NCBI GenBank assembly: GCA_964348825.1 | Contig: CAYGDX010000001.1 | Span: forward strand, 175,463-239,462 | Direction: 5' to 3' | DNA length: 64,000 nt | From: an uncultured Gammaproteobacteria bacterium | Lineage (GTDB): Bacteria; Patescibacteriota; Patescibacteriia; Veblenbacterales; UBA10138 | Shown here: piece by piece, positions 20,372-29,737 of the stretch | How the letters are laid out: every line of letters begins with the position of its first letter | How positions within the stretch are numbered: the stretch's first letter is position 1 | The notes under the pieces: generated by a model | What the model saw: the letters and a program-made list of their open reading frames with translations, nothing else | What the model was told of the DNA's origin: nothing | Databases searched by the model: none | Made by a program: the position numbers and the translations under genes

Positions 20372-23300
20372 ATGGAACGTGAATCTCCACCCATCAATCC
20401 ACAATATGAAAAATACCGCGTGGCGCTCGAGCGGTATTTGGCGCAGGCCTCACCCGAAGCTAAGGCCGAGGCCAAACGTTTGATTGAAGAAGAGAGAAGA
20501 TTGGAGCGGGTTGAAATTTTGCAAAAATTGCAAGATGGTCTTTTAGTGCTTAAAAATATTTCGGAAAACCAAAGAACTGATCATCAAAAATGGGTAGTTG
20601 GTGCTGTAGAAGGCGCTTTAGGTAAAATTGGTGATGATGGTAAATACGAAATAAAGGCAGGGGAAAATAGTCAACGCGAAGGCGTACCAGTGGATGGATT
20701 AATTAAAGAGTTAGAAGATTTTTGGCATCAAGCGGGCGCCCGGGCGCGCGAACTAGAAAACGAAGTACGCAGGTTAAGACAAAAACATAGTGATGTTTTA
20801 GCCAATTGGGTACGTGAGGGTGCGACCGATATTACTTCAGAGCATCAAATCAAAATGGCTTGGCAAGAGGTGGCGAGTGGTAGTTCAGTTGAAATAAAAA
20901 ATCAAGTAGATGCTACTCGCAAAACTTGGGCTACGGCGGGCGGTATAGGAGATGATTATGATCCAGCGACTGGTGAATATAAATTACAAAGCGGTGAAGC
21001 AATGCGTCAGTTGGTGGAAAATAAATTAGTTGGTGAAGTTAGGCAAGCCAAGAATAAAACTGATGCTTTAGGTGGCACGCGAGATTTTTTGATTGGTAAA
21101 AGTAAGGGATATTTTGAAGCACATCCAGAAATGAAAGGTGATAAGCAACATTGGCGCACCGAATACGAAGCTAAGTTTATTTCTCGTGACTTCCGTTCTA
21201 CTGGTGCAGTACAAACTGATTATGATAAAGCTATGGTAGAAATGTCGGCCCGGCGTGAATTAGTGCTACCGAATTTGAAAGTTGAATTACCAGAAGTTGT
21301 GCCCGTGGTAGTTGAACCAACTCCGGCGTCAGTTGAGCCAATATCACTTCAACCGGAAAAGCCAGAAGCCAAACGAGCGTATCTTATTAATGTTTCTGAA
21401 GTAGTTAAGCAGTATGCTCACCGACAAGCTGAATTACGTTTGAATGAATTACAAAAAGCTGAGGTGAAGGGTTTTTTCAAAACAATTGGCAGTGGCTTTA
21501 AGAAAATGTGGCTTAATTTAGGAGAAGAAGGGTATCGCCGTAAATTTGAGAAGGAAATTTTAACAGAAATTACAAGCAATAAAAATTTATTAGCTGAAAT
21601 TGAAGCACGTTTGGGTAAAAGTAAAAGTGCCACTACTTTAGAAAGCAAGGGATTGAATGAAAAGGTTTTAAGTGATGTAATTGATCGGTATCAAAAAGAA
21701 GTAGCCGAGGCTGAAGAAAAAGGTGAAGTAGTGGTGGATGCGCGGGTGAATCAAGAAGCCACAAAGTTATTTGTAGAATACGCCCAAGGTGCAATTACTA
21801 CGCGCGAGGAATTTGATAAACAAGTAGAAGAAAAAATTCTGCCACTGCTTGCTGGTCGTAAATTTACACTTGATTCAAATTACGCTAAGGAAGCTGAAAA
21901 AAATAAAAAAGATAAGATTGAAATGTATGCTAATAATTATTTTGAATTAGCTAAGAATTATAAAACATACATTGATAAAAAATTAGCTGAATACCCACCA
22001 GATCAGCGCGGCAAATTAATTGAACACTTGAAAGGCGAATTAGGTTTGGATTTGCAACTCGGGTTTATGCGTCGCGATTTAGAGGAAACTAAACCGCAAG
22101 AAGTTTTGAAATGGTACGACAAACTAGTTGATTTTACACAAAGTATTCCAATCATTAATAAAATTGTGGCTAATCCACTAGCTTATGGCATACTCGGCGG
22201 AGTAGCTGGTACTTTTGTGGGGCGTGGTGTTAAACGTTTTGCTGTTGGCAAGGGATTAATCGGTATTGCTGGTATGGCGCCGTGGCTCGCGCCGATAATT
22301 TTAGGTATGGGTTTTGGTGGAGCATATCTTTCGGCCCGTCGTTCACGTAATTTACAATATGATCGCGGTATGGATTTGCGTCGTAGAGCACTAGGCGCAG
22401 AAAGTGGTGGCGAGCGGACTGACAAAATGCGTGAATTTAATTATGGAATTAAACGCGCCGATGAAATTGTTTCGGCCTTGCAAGCGGTGCGAGCTAAATC
22501 TGGCTTAACTGATGCCGATAAAGAAATTTTAGGAGAAGTAATCGCCCGTTTTAAAGTAGAAAAAGAAAGATCAGTTGATTTAATTGGGGCTAATATTGAG
22601 GAAGGGTCTAAACACAAAACTAGAATTAAGAGTGTGACAGATGTTAAGTATTCATTAAAACAATCTTTAGAAAAATTTGGTTTGAAAGAATCAGATATTC
22701 AATCTTTTGTTGATAAACATTATAAAATTTTTATTGATGATATAGATAATAAAGACAAGTTGTTTAATAAATTTAGACATTGGGAAATGGGTAAAGCTGG
22801 CGTGATTGGCGCGACAATGGGTTTGGCCGGAGGTGCAGCTGGACAATATTTATGGGAACAAGGACAAGAATTATTTGGATTTACGCCAAAAACTGAAAGT
22901 GCCATTACTCATTTGATGCACTATATGAAAGGTGAGGGTAGTACCGCTTATGCTGGTGCGATGCAAGAAATTCCAATTGCGGCCTTAGGTGAAGCGGCGC
23001 ATCACCCCACTATTAAAATTCCACAAGGTTGGAGTTTATCCTCAGCGGGGGAAAGCAATCATTACGATTTAATTAATGCTGATGGTAATAAAGTTAGCGA
23101 TATAATTTTGAATTCCGACGGCACTTTGGATCAAGGAAGTTTGGATGAATTATCGGCTTCTGGTTTTAAAGTGAGTGATCAAGTGGAAACTGTTAGAACT
23201 AGTGTGCCAGATGCCACAGTACCAGCGGGCAAGGTGAATCCACTTGAGGCGTTTAAAGATCAGTTGGGTACACACCCACGAACTGATTGGCATGATGAAT

Positions 23301-26284
23301 TGGGTACGCGTTATAGTAAATTCTTTAATAAGTTGATTGAGTTTGAAGGTAAACAGCAAATGTTATATTTGGAAAAAGGTGCCGATGGCACAGTTTATAT
23401 TAATGCTGATAAAATTGCCCAGAATTTAGTAAAGAATGTTAATGAAGCGTTTGCTAAATTTGGCACTAACCCTGATGGAAGTCACGATTCTAAGTTACTA
23501 CATCTTAAAGAACAGTTAACAATGTGGGCTAGAAGTGGGGAGTTGCATAAACATTTGCAAGCCGCGATTATTCCAACCGAAAGTGCAAATCGGCAGGGCT
23601 TAAGTATGTTGGTTGATGGTGCGAGCGGTAATCATAAAATCGCTTTGCCACCGGGAATTTCTCGCCTTTTTACTACGCCAGAAAGTTTAAAGTATTTACA
23701 TCACCCTTTGCGTTATATAGAGTTGCGTCTTAATGGTCATACTTTAGCTACCAGTGTTGGCGGCGATATGCAAGCTGTAGCGCCTACGCCGATTGAAAAA
23801 ATTATAGAAACTCCGGTTCATCACACTGAAATTATCCCCACCGCGCATGACTTCGACGCACCACCAGTGTTACCATTTTATCCGAGGAAGGCGTTGGAGA
23901 GAACTCCAGAAAATCCTATTATATTGCCATATTATTTATATGGCGAAACAATGACACCAGAAAAAGAAGAACAAATAAGAAAACAATTATCAGAAACATT
24001 AAGGAGTAATCCCGACGCAAATTTGGATCATTATAAAGAAATTGAGGAGTATATTGGCAAATGGAATAGTGATTACCGTCAGGAAATAGAAAAGTTTGTG
24101 AGAGAAGTTGGCCCAATGAATGAAAAATGTCGTGTATCTGTTTGTATACCTGTAGCTGGTCACCAAGAGGGTAATAGTATTTACAAAACACTGGAAAATT
24201 ATTTAAATCAAACAATTGAGAAAGGAAATTTTGAAATAGTGTTATTTGTTAATCATCCTGAAAATGATGTAAATGGTAATAAAATTAGGCCGGATAATAC
24301 GCTGGAAGAAATAGAGCGTTTTAAAAAAGATTACCCGGGATTAAATGTTGTGACTATGTATAAATCTTTACCCTTGGAAGAGGTAAAGATTGGTTACATC
24401 AGGAAATTACTTAATGACACTGTATTAATGAGACATCATCAAAGAGGTAAGAGTGTTGAAGATTTAATAATTATTAGTAATAATGCTGATAATAAAGGTG
24501 TGGCGCCTGAATATATTAAAAATTTTGTTAATAAGTTTGATGAAAATTCTAATATTGATTCATATCTTGGTCAAGTGGATTGGGATCCAGAGGTTTATAT
24601 TAAAAATCCATTAGCTCATGTAGGGACTAGACTATTTCAATATATTAATATTCAAAATAGAAGCAAGGGTAGACACATTGAATCATCGGGTTGTAATTTT
24701 GCTCTAAGATCGAGTGTATATGCGGCAGTAGGTGGTTATGACGGTGAGGCGACACTAGGTGAAGATAATGAATTAGGTGCCGCAATTAAATATGGAAGAA
24801 AAAATGCCAGGGTTCACAAAGGTGTTGAATATGCTGGGGCAAGAGTTTCCAGAATATATTCATCCGCTAGAAGGATAGAGTATTCCCTAAAAAATGGGCT
24901 TTCACCTATAGAACAATGGGATAATGGTTTTAGTGCCTTTGATGATGAGGTTAGAAAAGTTAAATGGAATCTTAAGGGGAAGGCAATTGATTATGAAGAT
25001 GTGGATCAGGTAAAGTCTTTAATTAATGAGTTAGAAAATATTATTAATAGGACCATTAATAGAATGTCTAGTTGGGGTTTAGTATCCGACAGTCTAGTTT
25101 TTAAAAAATCTTTAGGTTGGTTGGGTATTAAATACGAAATGGTTGGCGACAAAAGAATAAAGATAATTAATGCTGATCGTTTGATTAGAGATTTAAAGGT
25201 GTATCAGAGTGATGGTTTATTGATAAGAGATTTGAAATTAGGTAAATCAGATGCCAAAGAAAAGTTGTCTAAATTGAAGAGTGAACGTAATATTGTTGAA
25301 AGTTCTGCATTAGAAAACAGATTAGTTGATTTTTACAAAAACGATCAGTTGATTTTGCATACTAATAGTGTTATTCCAAATCTAGACAAAATTAAAATCT
25401 CAGCAAATAAAAAAAAGGTGGGAGATATTTTGGTGGCTGATGATTTATCTATTTATAATGGAGATGATTCAAAAGTGTTAGCCGGTTATAAAGAGGGGGA
25501 AGATAAGGTTGTTATTCTTAAAGAAGTTGGAAGTAACACAATGATTAATCGTTTAGAAGAACAGGGCTGGTCAGGATATGGGTTAGAAGTGTCTAGTTTT
25601 GATAGTTATTTAAAGAAGAAGGGATTTTCAAATAAAAATGTTCTTTTAGCTGATGATGAGTTTTATGAAGTTAGTAAAAGTGGTTCACCTAAATTAGCAA
25701 GAATATATGAGCCGGCACTATCTGATTTACAAGGATTTTTAAATCGCGGTGGTAAATTAAGTATCAAAGAATCATTGTCAGTAATGATAAGAAGTTGTGA
25801 TGGAATCAATGGATTACATAAAAATAATATAGCTAATATAGATTTAGCACCATTAAACATTTTGGTTTTTAAAGATGGTATTAAAATTACTGATCTTGAC
25901 GGCTCCAGTATTTCTTCGGACGGTAATAAATTTATTAGAAAATCATTGGGATTAAATAGATTTATTTGTGCTCCAGAATTGTTTGGTAAGAATAATACTT
26001 TTGATAAGACAGTTGATGTATATGCGGCTGGTGCAAATTTATATTATCTTTTAACTGGTAAATGGCCTTATGATATTGATGCAGAGACAACAGGAATGAG
26101 TCGTGAAGAGGTCATGGATAAATATAAACCACTTCATATGTCTGGAAATATTGATATACCCTCTAACATACCAGTTGAATTGGGGCGTGTAATTAAAAAG
26201 GCCATGAGTCCTAATCCCACAGACAGATATCAAACTATCGAGGAATTAAATAATGAATTATTAAATATATACGAAAGTATTTAA
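20372..26284 (+). CDS. Giant multidomain membrane protein: N-terminal coiled-coil region, TM helices, GT2-family glycosyltransferase domain and C-terminal Hanks-type protein-kinase-like domain
   Basis: 1970 aa, uninterrupted.
- aa ~1-560 are Glu/Lys-rich coiled coil.
- Hydrophobic helices lie at about aa 598-653 (IVANPLAYGILGGVAGTFVG…GLIGIAGMAPWLAPIILGMGFGGAYL) and at about aa 807-826.
- aa ~1230-1520 have GT-A fold features (CRVSVCIPVAGHQEGNSI…EIVLFVNHPEND…SSGCNFALRSSVYAAVGGYDGEATLGEDNELG).
- aa ~1740-1970 carry kinase subdomains VIb to IX (NIDLAPLNIL as the catalytic loop, KITDLDGSS as a DFG-like motif, FICAPE as the APE motif, DVYAAGANLYYLLTGKWPY as subdomain IX).
- A hairpin plus T-run terminator follows at about 26371..26396. 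Confidence 0.8.
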   Translation: MERESPPINPQYEKYRVALERYLAQASPEAKAEAKRLIEEERRLERVEILQKLQDGLLVLKNISENQRTDHQKWVVGAVEGALGKIGDDGKYEIKAGENSQREGVPVDGLIKELEDFWHQAGARARELENEVRRLRQKHSDVLANWVREGATDITSEHQIKMAWQEVASGSSVEIKNQVDATRKTWATAGGIGDDYDPATGEYKLQSGEAMRQLVENKLVGEVRQAKNKTDALGGTRDFLIGKSKGYFEAHPEMKGDKQHWRTEYEAKFISRDFRSTGAVQTDYDKAMVEMSARRELVLPNLKVELPEVVPVVVEPTPASVEPISLQPEKPEAKRAYLINVSEVVKQYAHRQAELRLNELQKAEVKGFFKTIGSGFKKMWLNLGEEGYRRKFEKEILTEITSNKNLLAEIEARLGKSKSATTLESKGLNEKVLSDVIDRYQKEVAEAEEKGEVVVDARVNQEATKLFVEYAQGAITTREEFDKQVEEKILPLLAGRKFTLDSNYAKEAEKNKKDKIEMYANNYFELAKNYKTYIDKKLAEYPPDQRGKLIEHLKGELGLDLQLGFMRRDLEETKPQEVLKWYDKLVDFTQSIPIINKIVANPLAYGILGGVAGTFVGRGVKRFAVGKGLIGIAGMAPWLAPIILGMGFGGAYLSARRSRNLQYDRGMDLRRRALGAESGGERTDKMREFNYGIKRADEIVSALQAVRAKSGLTDADKEILGEVIARFKVEKERSVDLIGANIEEGSKHKTRIKSVTDVKYSLKQSLEKFGLKESDIQSFVDKHYKIFIDDIDNKDKLFNKFRHWEMGKAGVIGATMGLAGGAAGQYLWEQGQELFGFTPKTESAITHLMHYMKGEGSTAYAGAMQEIPIAALGEAAHHPTIKIPQGWSLSSAGESNHYDLINADGNKVSDIILNSDGTLDQGSLDELSASGFKVSDQVETVRTSVPDATVPAGKVNPLEAFKDQLGTHPRTDWHDELGTRYSKFFNKLIEFEGKQQMLYLEKGADGTVYINADKIAQNLVKNVNEAFAKFGTNPDGSHDSKLLHLKEQLTMWARSGELHKHLQAAIIPTESANRQGLSMLVDGASGNHKIALPPGISRLFTTPESLKYLHHPLRYIELRLNGHTLATSVGGDMQAVAPTPIEKIIETPVHHTEIIPTAHDFDAPPVLPFYPRKALERTPENPIILPYYLYGETMTPEKEEQIRKQLSETLRSNPDANLDHYKEIEEYIGKWNSDYRQEIEKFVREVGPMNEKCRVSVCIPVAGHQEGNSIYKTLENYLNQTIEKGNFEIVLFVNHPENDVNGNKIRPDNTLEEIERFKKDYPGLNVVTMYKSLPLEEVKIGYIRKLLNDTVLMRHHQRGKSVEDLIIISNNADNKGVAPEYIKNFVNKFDENSNIDSYLGQVDWDPEVYIKNPLAHVGTRLFQYINIQNRSKGRHIESSGCNFALRSSVYAAVGGYDGEATLGEDNELGAAIKYGRKNARVHKGVEYAGARVSRIYSSARRIEYSLKNGLSPIEQWDNGFSAFDDEVRKVKWNLKGKAIDYEDVDQVKSLINELENIINRTINRMSSWGLVSDSLVFKKSLGWLGIKYEMVGDKRIKIINADRLIRDLKVYQSDGLLIRDLKLGKSDAKEKLSKLKSERNIVESSALENRLVDFYKNDQLILHTNSVIPNLDKIKISANKKKVGDILVADDLSIYNGDDSKVLAGYKEGEDKVVILKEVGSNTMINRLEEQGWSGYGLEVSSFDSYLKKKGFSNKNVLLADDEFYEVSKSGSPKLARIYEPALSDLQGFLNRGGKLSIKESLSVMIRSCDGINGLHKNNIANIDLAPLNILVFKDGIKITDLDGSSISSDGNKFIRKSLGLNRFICAPELFGKNNTFDKTVDVYAAGANLYYLLTGKWPYDIDAETTGMSREEVMDKYKPLHMSGNIDIPSNIPVELGRVIKKAMSPNPTDRYQTIEELNNELLNIYESI

Positions 26285-26370
26285 CTAGGGCGATCATTAA
26301 TGGTATAATTTTATAAAATATTTTTTACCTTGCTATATTTTTATCCATCTGCTATACTAATAAAGTAATA

Positions 26371-26396
26371 AAAGGCCCACTTAAGGGCCTTTTAAA
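26371..26396 (+). terminator. Intrinsic terminator after the giant ORF
   Basis: aaaggccc-actta-agggccttt followed by T/A-rich sequence. Confidence 0.5.
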
Positions 26397-26429
26397 AGAG
26401 AAAAAATTTATCTAATATTAGCCAAATAT

Positions 26430-26618
26430 ATGACAAACTTTTTAACCACTTACTTACGTGGGGCGTGGGAAGAGATGAAAAAAGTGGCTTGGCCCACCAA
26501 GCGTGAAATTACTCAACACACTATGTTGGTGATTGGTATTTCGGTGGTAGTGGCTTTGTTTTTAGGCGCGCTCGACTATATTTTTAACTTTGGGCTGGAA
26601 CAGTTGTTGTATAAGTAA
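26430..26618 (+). CDS. secE: Preprotein translocase subunit SecE
   Basis: 62 aa with a single TM helix, directly upstream of nusG. N-terminus MTNFLTTYLRGAWEEMKKVAWPTKRE is SecE-like. Confidence 0.8.
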   Translation: MTNFLTTYLRGAWEEMKKVAWPTKREITQHTMLVIGISVVVALFLGALDYIFNFGLEQLLYK

Positions 26619-26626
26619 TTAATATC

Positions 26627-26715
26627 ACTGGAACATTAGATCACTAGATCATAAGAACAAAAAATTCTTTATTAATAATGTTCTAATGTTTAAATGTTCT
26701 AGTGTTCTAATGAAT
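26627..26715. repeat. Intergenic word repeat family A copy upstream of nusG
   Basis: See 17577..17665. Confidence 0.75.
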
Positions 26716-26744
26716 AAGATTTAGAATTTAGGATTTAAACAACT

Positions 26745-27290
26745 ATGTCTCGACAAGAAACACAAACTAATAAACGTTGGTACGCAATTCATACCTATTC
26801 AGGTTATGAAGAAAATGTGTCGCGTAATTTAAAACAGCGTATTGAATCCATGGATATGGGTGATAAGATTTTTAATGTGCTAATTCCGACTGAAAAAAAA
26901 ATTCGCATTAAAAATGGTAAGCGCAAAGTAATGGAAGAAAAAATATTCCCGGGTTACGTACTGGTAGAAATGATGGTAACTGATGATTCTTGGTACGTGG
27001 TGCGTAATACCCCCAATGTTACCGGTTTTATTGGCTCGGGTACCACACCTACACCTATCGCAGAAGAGGAAATAAAATCCATTCAAAAACGCATGGGTAT
27101 TGAAGAACCGAAATATCAAATTGATGTTACCGAAGGTACGCCAGTGCGTATTACCGATGGACCATTTAGGGACTTCGAAGGTAAGGTGGCGGAAGTAGAT
27201 GAAGCTCGTGGTAAGATTAAAGTACTGGTTTCGGTATTCGGTCGCGAAACGCCAGTGGAACTTGATTCATTGCAGATTCAGAAACTTTAA
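26745..27290 (+). CDS. nusG: Transcription termination/antitermination factor NusG
   Basis: 181 aa. NGN domain (KRWYAIHTYSGYEENV) and C-terminal KOW (GTPVRITDGPFRDFEGKVAEVD). Conserved secE-nusG-rplK-rplA order. Confidence 0.92.
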   Translation: MSRQETQTNKRWYAIHTYSGYEENVSRNLKQRIESMDMGDKIFNVLIPTEKKIRIKNGKRKVMEEKIFPGYVLVEMMVTDDSWYVVRNTPNVTGFIGSGTTPTPIAEEEIKSIQKRMGIEEPKYQIDVTEGTPVRITDGPFRDFEGKVAEVDEARGKIKVLVSVFGRETPVELDSLQIQKL

Positions 27291-27392
27291 ATTAAGCTTG
27301 AAGTTCGAAGTCATTAGTTCGTAGTTTTTTGCTTCTAAATACTATGACTTATAAGCTTTGAATTATTGACTAATAACTAATAACTAAATTTT

Positions 27393-27818
27393 ATGGCCAA
27401 GAAAATTAAAACAGTTATCAAATTACAAATCCCAGGTGGCAAAGCCAATCCGGCGCCTCCAGTGGGTCCGGCTTTAGGTCAGCACGGTTTGAACATCCAA
27501 GATTTTTGTGTGAAATTCAATGCCGCGACTAAAGATAAAATGGGTGATATTACACCAGTAGAAATCACCGTGTATGAAGATCGTACTTATACTTTTATTT
27601 TAAAAACCGCACCAGCGGCTGAATTGTTAAAGAAAGCGGCTGGTATTACCAAAGGTTCAGGTAAACCATTGCAAGATAAGGTTGGTAAAGTAACCAAAAA
27701 ACAAATCGAAGAAATTGCTAAGGTTAAAATGCCAGATTTGAATGCCAATGATATTCCAGCGGCCATGAAAATTATTGAAGGCACAGCACGGCAGATGGGC
27801 ATCACGGTTGAGGGCTAA
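27393..27818 (+). CDS. rplK: 50S ribosomal protein L11
   Basis: 141 aa ([43 protein letters not shown]…). Confidence 0.95.
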   Translation: MAKKIKTVIKLQIPGGKANPAPPVGPALGQHGLNIQDFCVKFNAATKDKMGDITPVEITVYEDRTYTFILKTAPAAELLKKAAGITKGSGKPLQDKVGKVTKKQIEEIAKVKMPDLNANDIPAAMKIIEGTARQMGITVEG

Positions 27819-28154
27819 AGCCCGAAAGTGAGTGAATAGTTTCACTCACGTGCCGTGAGGCGGGCAAGCCGATGCCTGTGGCCGGATTGCCCCGGGACGT
27901 AAATTTGGTATTAATTTAGAGCTCATGCGCCTAATGTCATTGCGAGTCCGAGCGTCAAGCACGAGGGCGAAGGAATCTACCAAAATCACTAATGGCTAAT
28001 TTCTAATTTCTAAAAAATTCCAATCCGCCAGCTGGCGGACCAATATCCAAAATTTAGTTATTAGACATTAGTCATTTTTAGAAATTATTTATTAGAGATT
28101 AGAAATTTATAGTTTTTAGGATTTTGACATTTGAAATTTTAATATAACTTAATC

Positions 28155-28200
28155 ATTATTGGTGGGAGGTGAAAAACCGTTTGCACCACCTAAGGAAAAT
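28155..28200 (+). promoter_or_regulatory. Possible L1 autoregulatory leader hairpin immediately upstream of the rplA start
   Basis: ggtgggaggtgaaaaaccgtttgcaccacc (28161..28190) forms a stem-loop with a GGGAGGUG-type internal motif, followed by Shine-Dalgarno aagga and ATG. L1 binds a 23S-rRNA-mimicking site on rplA/rplK mRNAs in many bacteria and archaea. Confidence 0.3.
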
Positions 28201-28205
28201 ATTTT

Positions 28206-28889
28206 ATGTCTAAACGAGGTAAGAAATATGTTGAAGCTGTGAAATTGGTTCAAGTGGGCAAGGCCTATGAACCGAGTGAGGCTGTGAAGTTACTCAAGCA
28301 AATGCCAGCACGAAAGTTTGATATGTCGGTGGAAGTGCATATGAAGCTGGGGGTAGATGTAAAACAAGCTAATCAACAAGTGCGTGGTAGCACAGTATTA
28401 CCACACGGTTTGGGTAAAACCAAGCGCGTGGCAGTTTTTTGTGAAGATGCCAAAGCTTCGGAAGCCAAAGCCGCTGGAGCAACTATTGTTGGCGGTGAAG
28501 AATTAATTAAAGAAATTCAAACTACCGGCAAATGTGATTTTGATGTCGCAGTAGCCACGCCTGAAATTATGAAAAAAATGGCACCGATTGCAAAAATTTT
28601 AGGTCAAAAAGGTTTAATGCCTAATCCTAAAACTGAAACTATCACGAATGATATTGCTAAAACAGTAGAAAATTTGAACAAAGGTAAGGTGAGTTTTAAA
28701 ACCGATGCCACTGCTAATATTCACCAAATGATTGGTAAAATTTCGTTTGATGAGCAGAAAATTTTGGAAAATTTTAATGCCTTGCTTGAAGTAGTGCGCC
28801 GCGTTAAACCAGCTGGCGCTAAGGGTATTTATATTCGCAGTTGTACTTTAAATGTTTCAATGGGACCGGGGATTAGAGTGAAAGTATAG
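28206..28889 (+). CDS. rplA: 50S ribosomal protein L1
   Basis: 227 aa (…KFDMSVEVHMKLGVDVKQANQQVRGSTVLPHGLGK…). Confidence 0.95.
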   Translation: MSKRGKKYVEAVKLVQVGKAYEPSEAVKLLKQMPARKFDMSVEVHMKLGVDVKQANQQVRGSTVLPHGLGKTKRVAVFCEDAKASEAKAAGATIVGGEELIKEIQTTGKCDFDVAVATPEIMKKMAPIAKILGQKGLMPNPKTETITNDIAKTVENLNKGKVSFKTDATANIHQMIGKISFDEQKILENFNALLEVVRRVKPAGAKGIYIRSCTLNVSMGPGIRVKV

Positions 28890-28920
28890 TTGGCAAATAG
28901 CTAATAGCAAATGGCAAATA

Positions 28921-28950
28921 GATAGGCGTCATTCCCGCGTAGGCGGGAAT
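28921..28950 (+). repeat. Short palindromic unit (gtcattcccgcgtaggcgggaatctagaa) just downstream of rplA
   Basis: One of about 10 copies. Others lie at 13651..13680 (inverted), 54889..54922, 56503..56531, 57344..57375, 58213..58278 (with an internal insertion), 62143..62172, 63643..63672 (inverted) and two inside 6490..6572. The stem is ATTCCCGC/GCGGGAAT with a variable 4-5 nt loop and compensatory changes (cccac/gtggg). Confidence 0.8.
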
Positions 28951-28954
28951 CTAG

Positions 28955-29085
28955 AAACTAAAATTTCAAATGACAAATGTCAAATTTCAAATCAAATCCA
29001 AAATTATAATGTTAAAATTTTTAATCATTTAGTCATTTGACATTGATTTGTTATTTGGATTTTGACATTTGAAATTAAATACTTC
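28955..29085. repeat. Intergenic word repeat family D (atttcaaatgtcaaat / tttgacatttgaaat) upstream of dcd
   Basis: Built from ttgacatttgaaat words in both orientations. Related copies lie at 28120..28140, 62225..62285 and 63560..63600. Confidence 0.7.
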
Positions 29086-29141
29086 TAAACAGTTGAATAT
29101 TTAGTCATAGTGTAATATCATTAAAATGCTTAAATATTTTA

Positions 29142-29717
29142 TTGACTAAACAAATGATTCTCTCTGATCGTGATATTAAAGTCGCCATTGCCGATGGCAA
29201 AATAAAAATTGAACCGCTTTATGATGGTGCACTTCAACCCGCTTCAGTCGATTTACATTTGGGTACGAAATTTTTGATTTTTAGAAATTCAGAGCACGCT
29301 TTTATTGATGTTCGTGAGCCAATTGCTAATTTAATGGAAGAAGTGGAAATCTCGGGTGATAAGCCATTTATTATTCATCCCGGTGAATTTGCTTTAGGTG
29401 TAACTGTAGAAAAAGTTACCTTATCAGCCGATATGGTGGGGCGACTAGAAGGTAAATCTTCGCTTGGCCGAATTGGTATTATTATTCATGCCACCGCTGG
29501 GTTTATTGACCCAGGTAATTCACTTAAGCCAACTTTAGAACTTCACAATATTGGGAGTTTACCAGTGAAGCTTTATGCAGATATGCCGATTGCGCAAATT
29601 GCTTTTATGCCGCTATCCTCACCAGCCGAAAATACTTATGGTAAGGGGCGAAAATATTTTGGCGCGGAAATTCCGCAGGCCAGTAAAATGCACGAGAATT
29701 TTAAAAAACCTAGCTAG
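29142..29717 (+). CDS. dcd: dCTP deaminase
   Basis: 191 aa (MILSDRDIKVAIADGKIKIEPLYDGALQPASVDLHLG…). Dcd/Dut superfamily with a Dcd-type N-terminus. Confidence 0.88.
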   Translation: MTKQMILSDRDIKVAIADGKIKIEPLYDGALQPASVDLHLGTKFLIFRNSEHAFIDVREPIANLMEEVEISGDKPFIIHPGEFALGVTVEKVTLSADMVGRLEGKSSLGRIGIIIHATAGFIDPGNSLKPTLELHNIGSLPVKLYADMPIAQIAFMPLSSPAENTYGKGRKYFGAEIPQASKMHENFKKPS

Positions 29718-29737
29718 TTACTAGGTTTTATTTTATT

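Noticed and set aside
26290-26430. Expected tRNA-Trp upstream of secE-nusG
   Set aside because: No cloverleaf could be assembled from this 140 bp. It contains the terminator hairpin of the preceding gene and AT-rich promoter-like sequence only. No tRNA or rRNA gene could be supported anywhere in the window.
28890-29140. Possible CRISPR array, because of the many short direct repeats in spacers such as rplA-dcd, gap-pgk and pgk-eno
   Set aside because: The repeated units are short AT-rich words of variable length occurring in both orientations. They have no regularly sized unique spacers and no leader or cas genes nearby.
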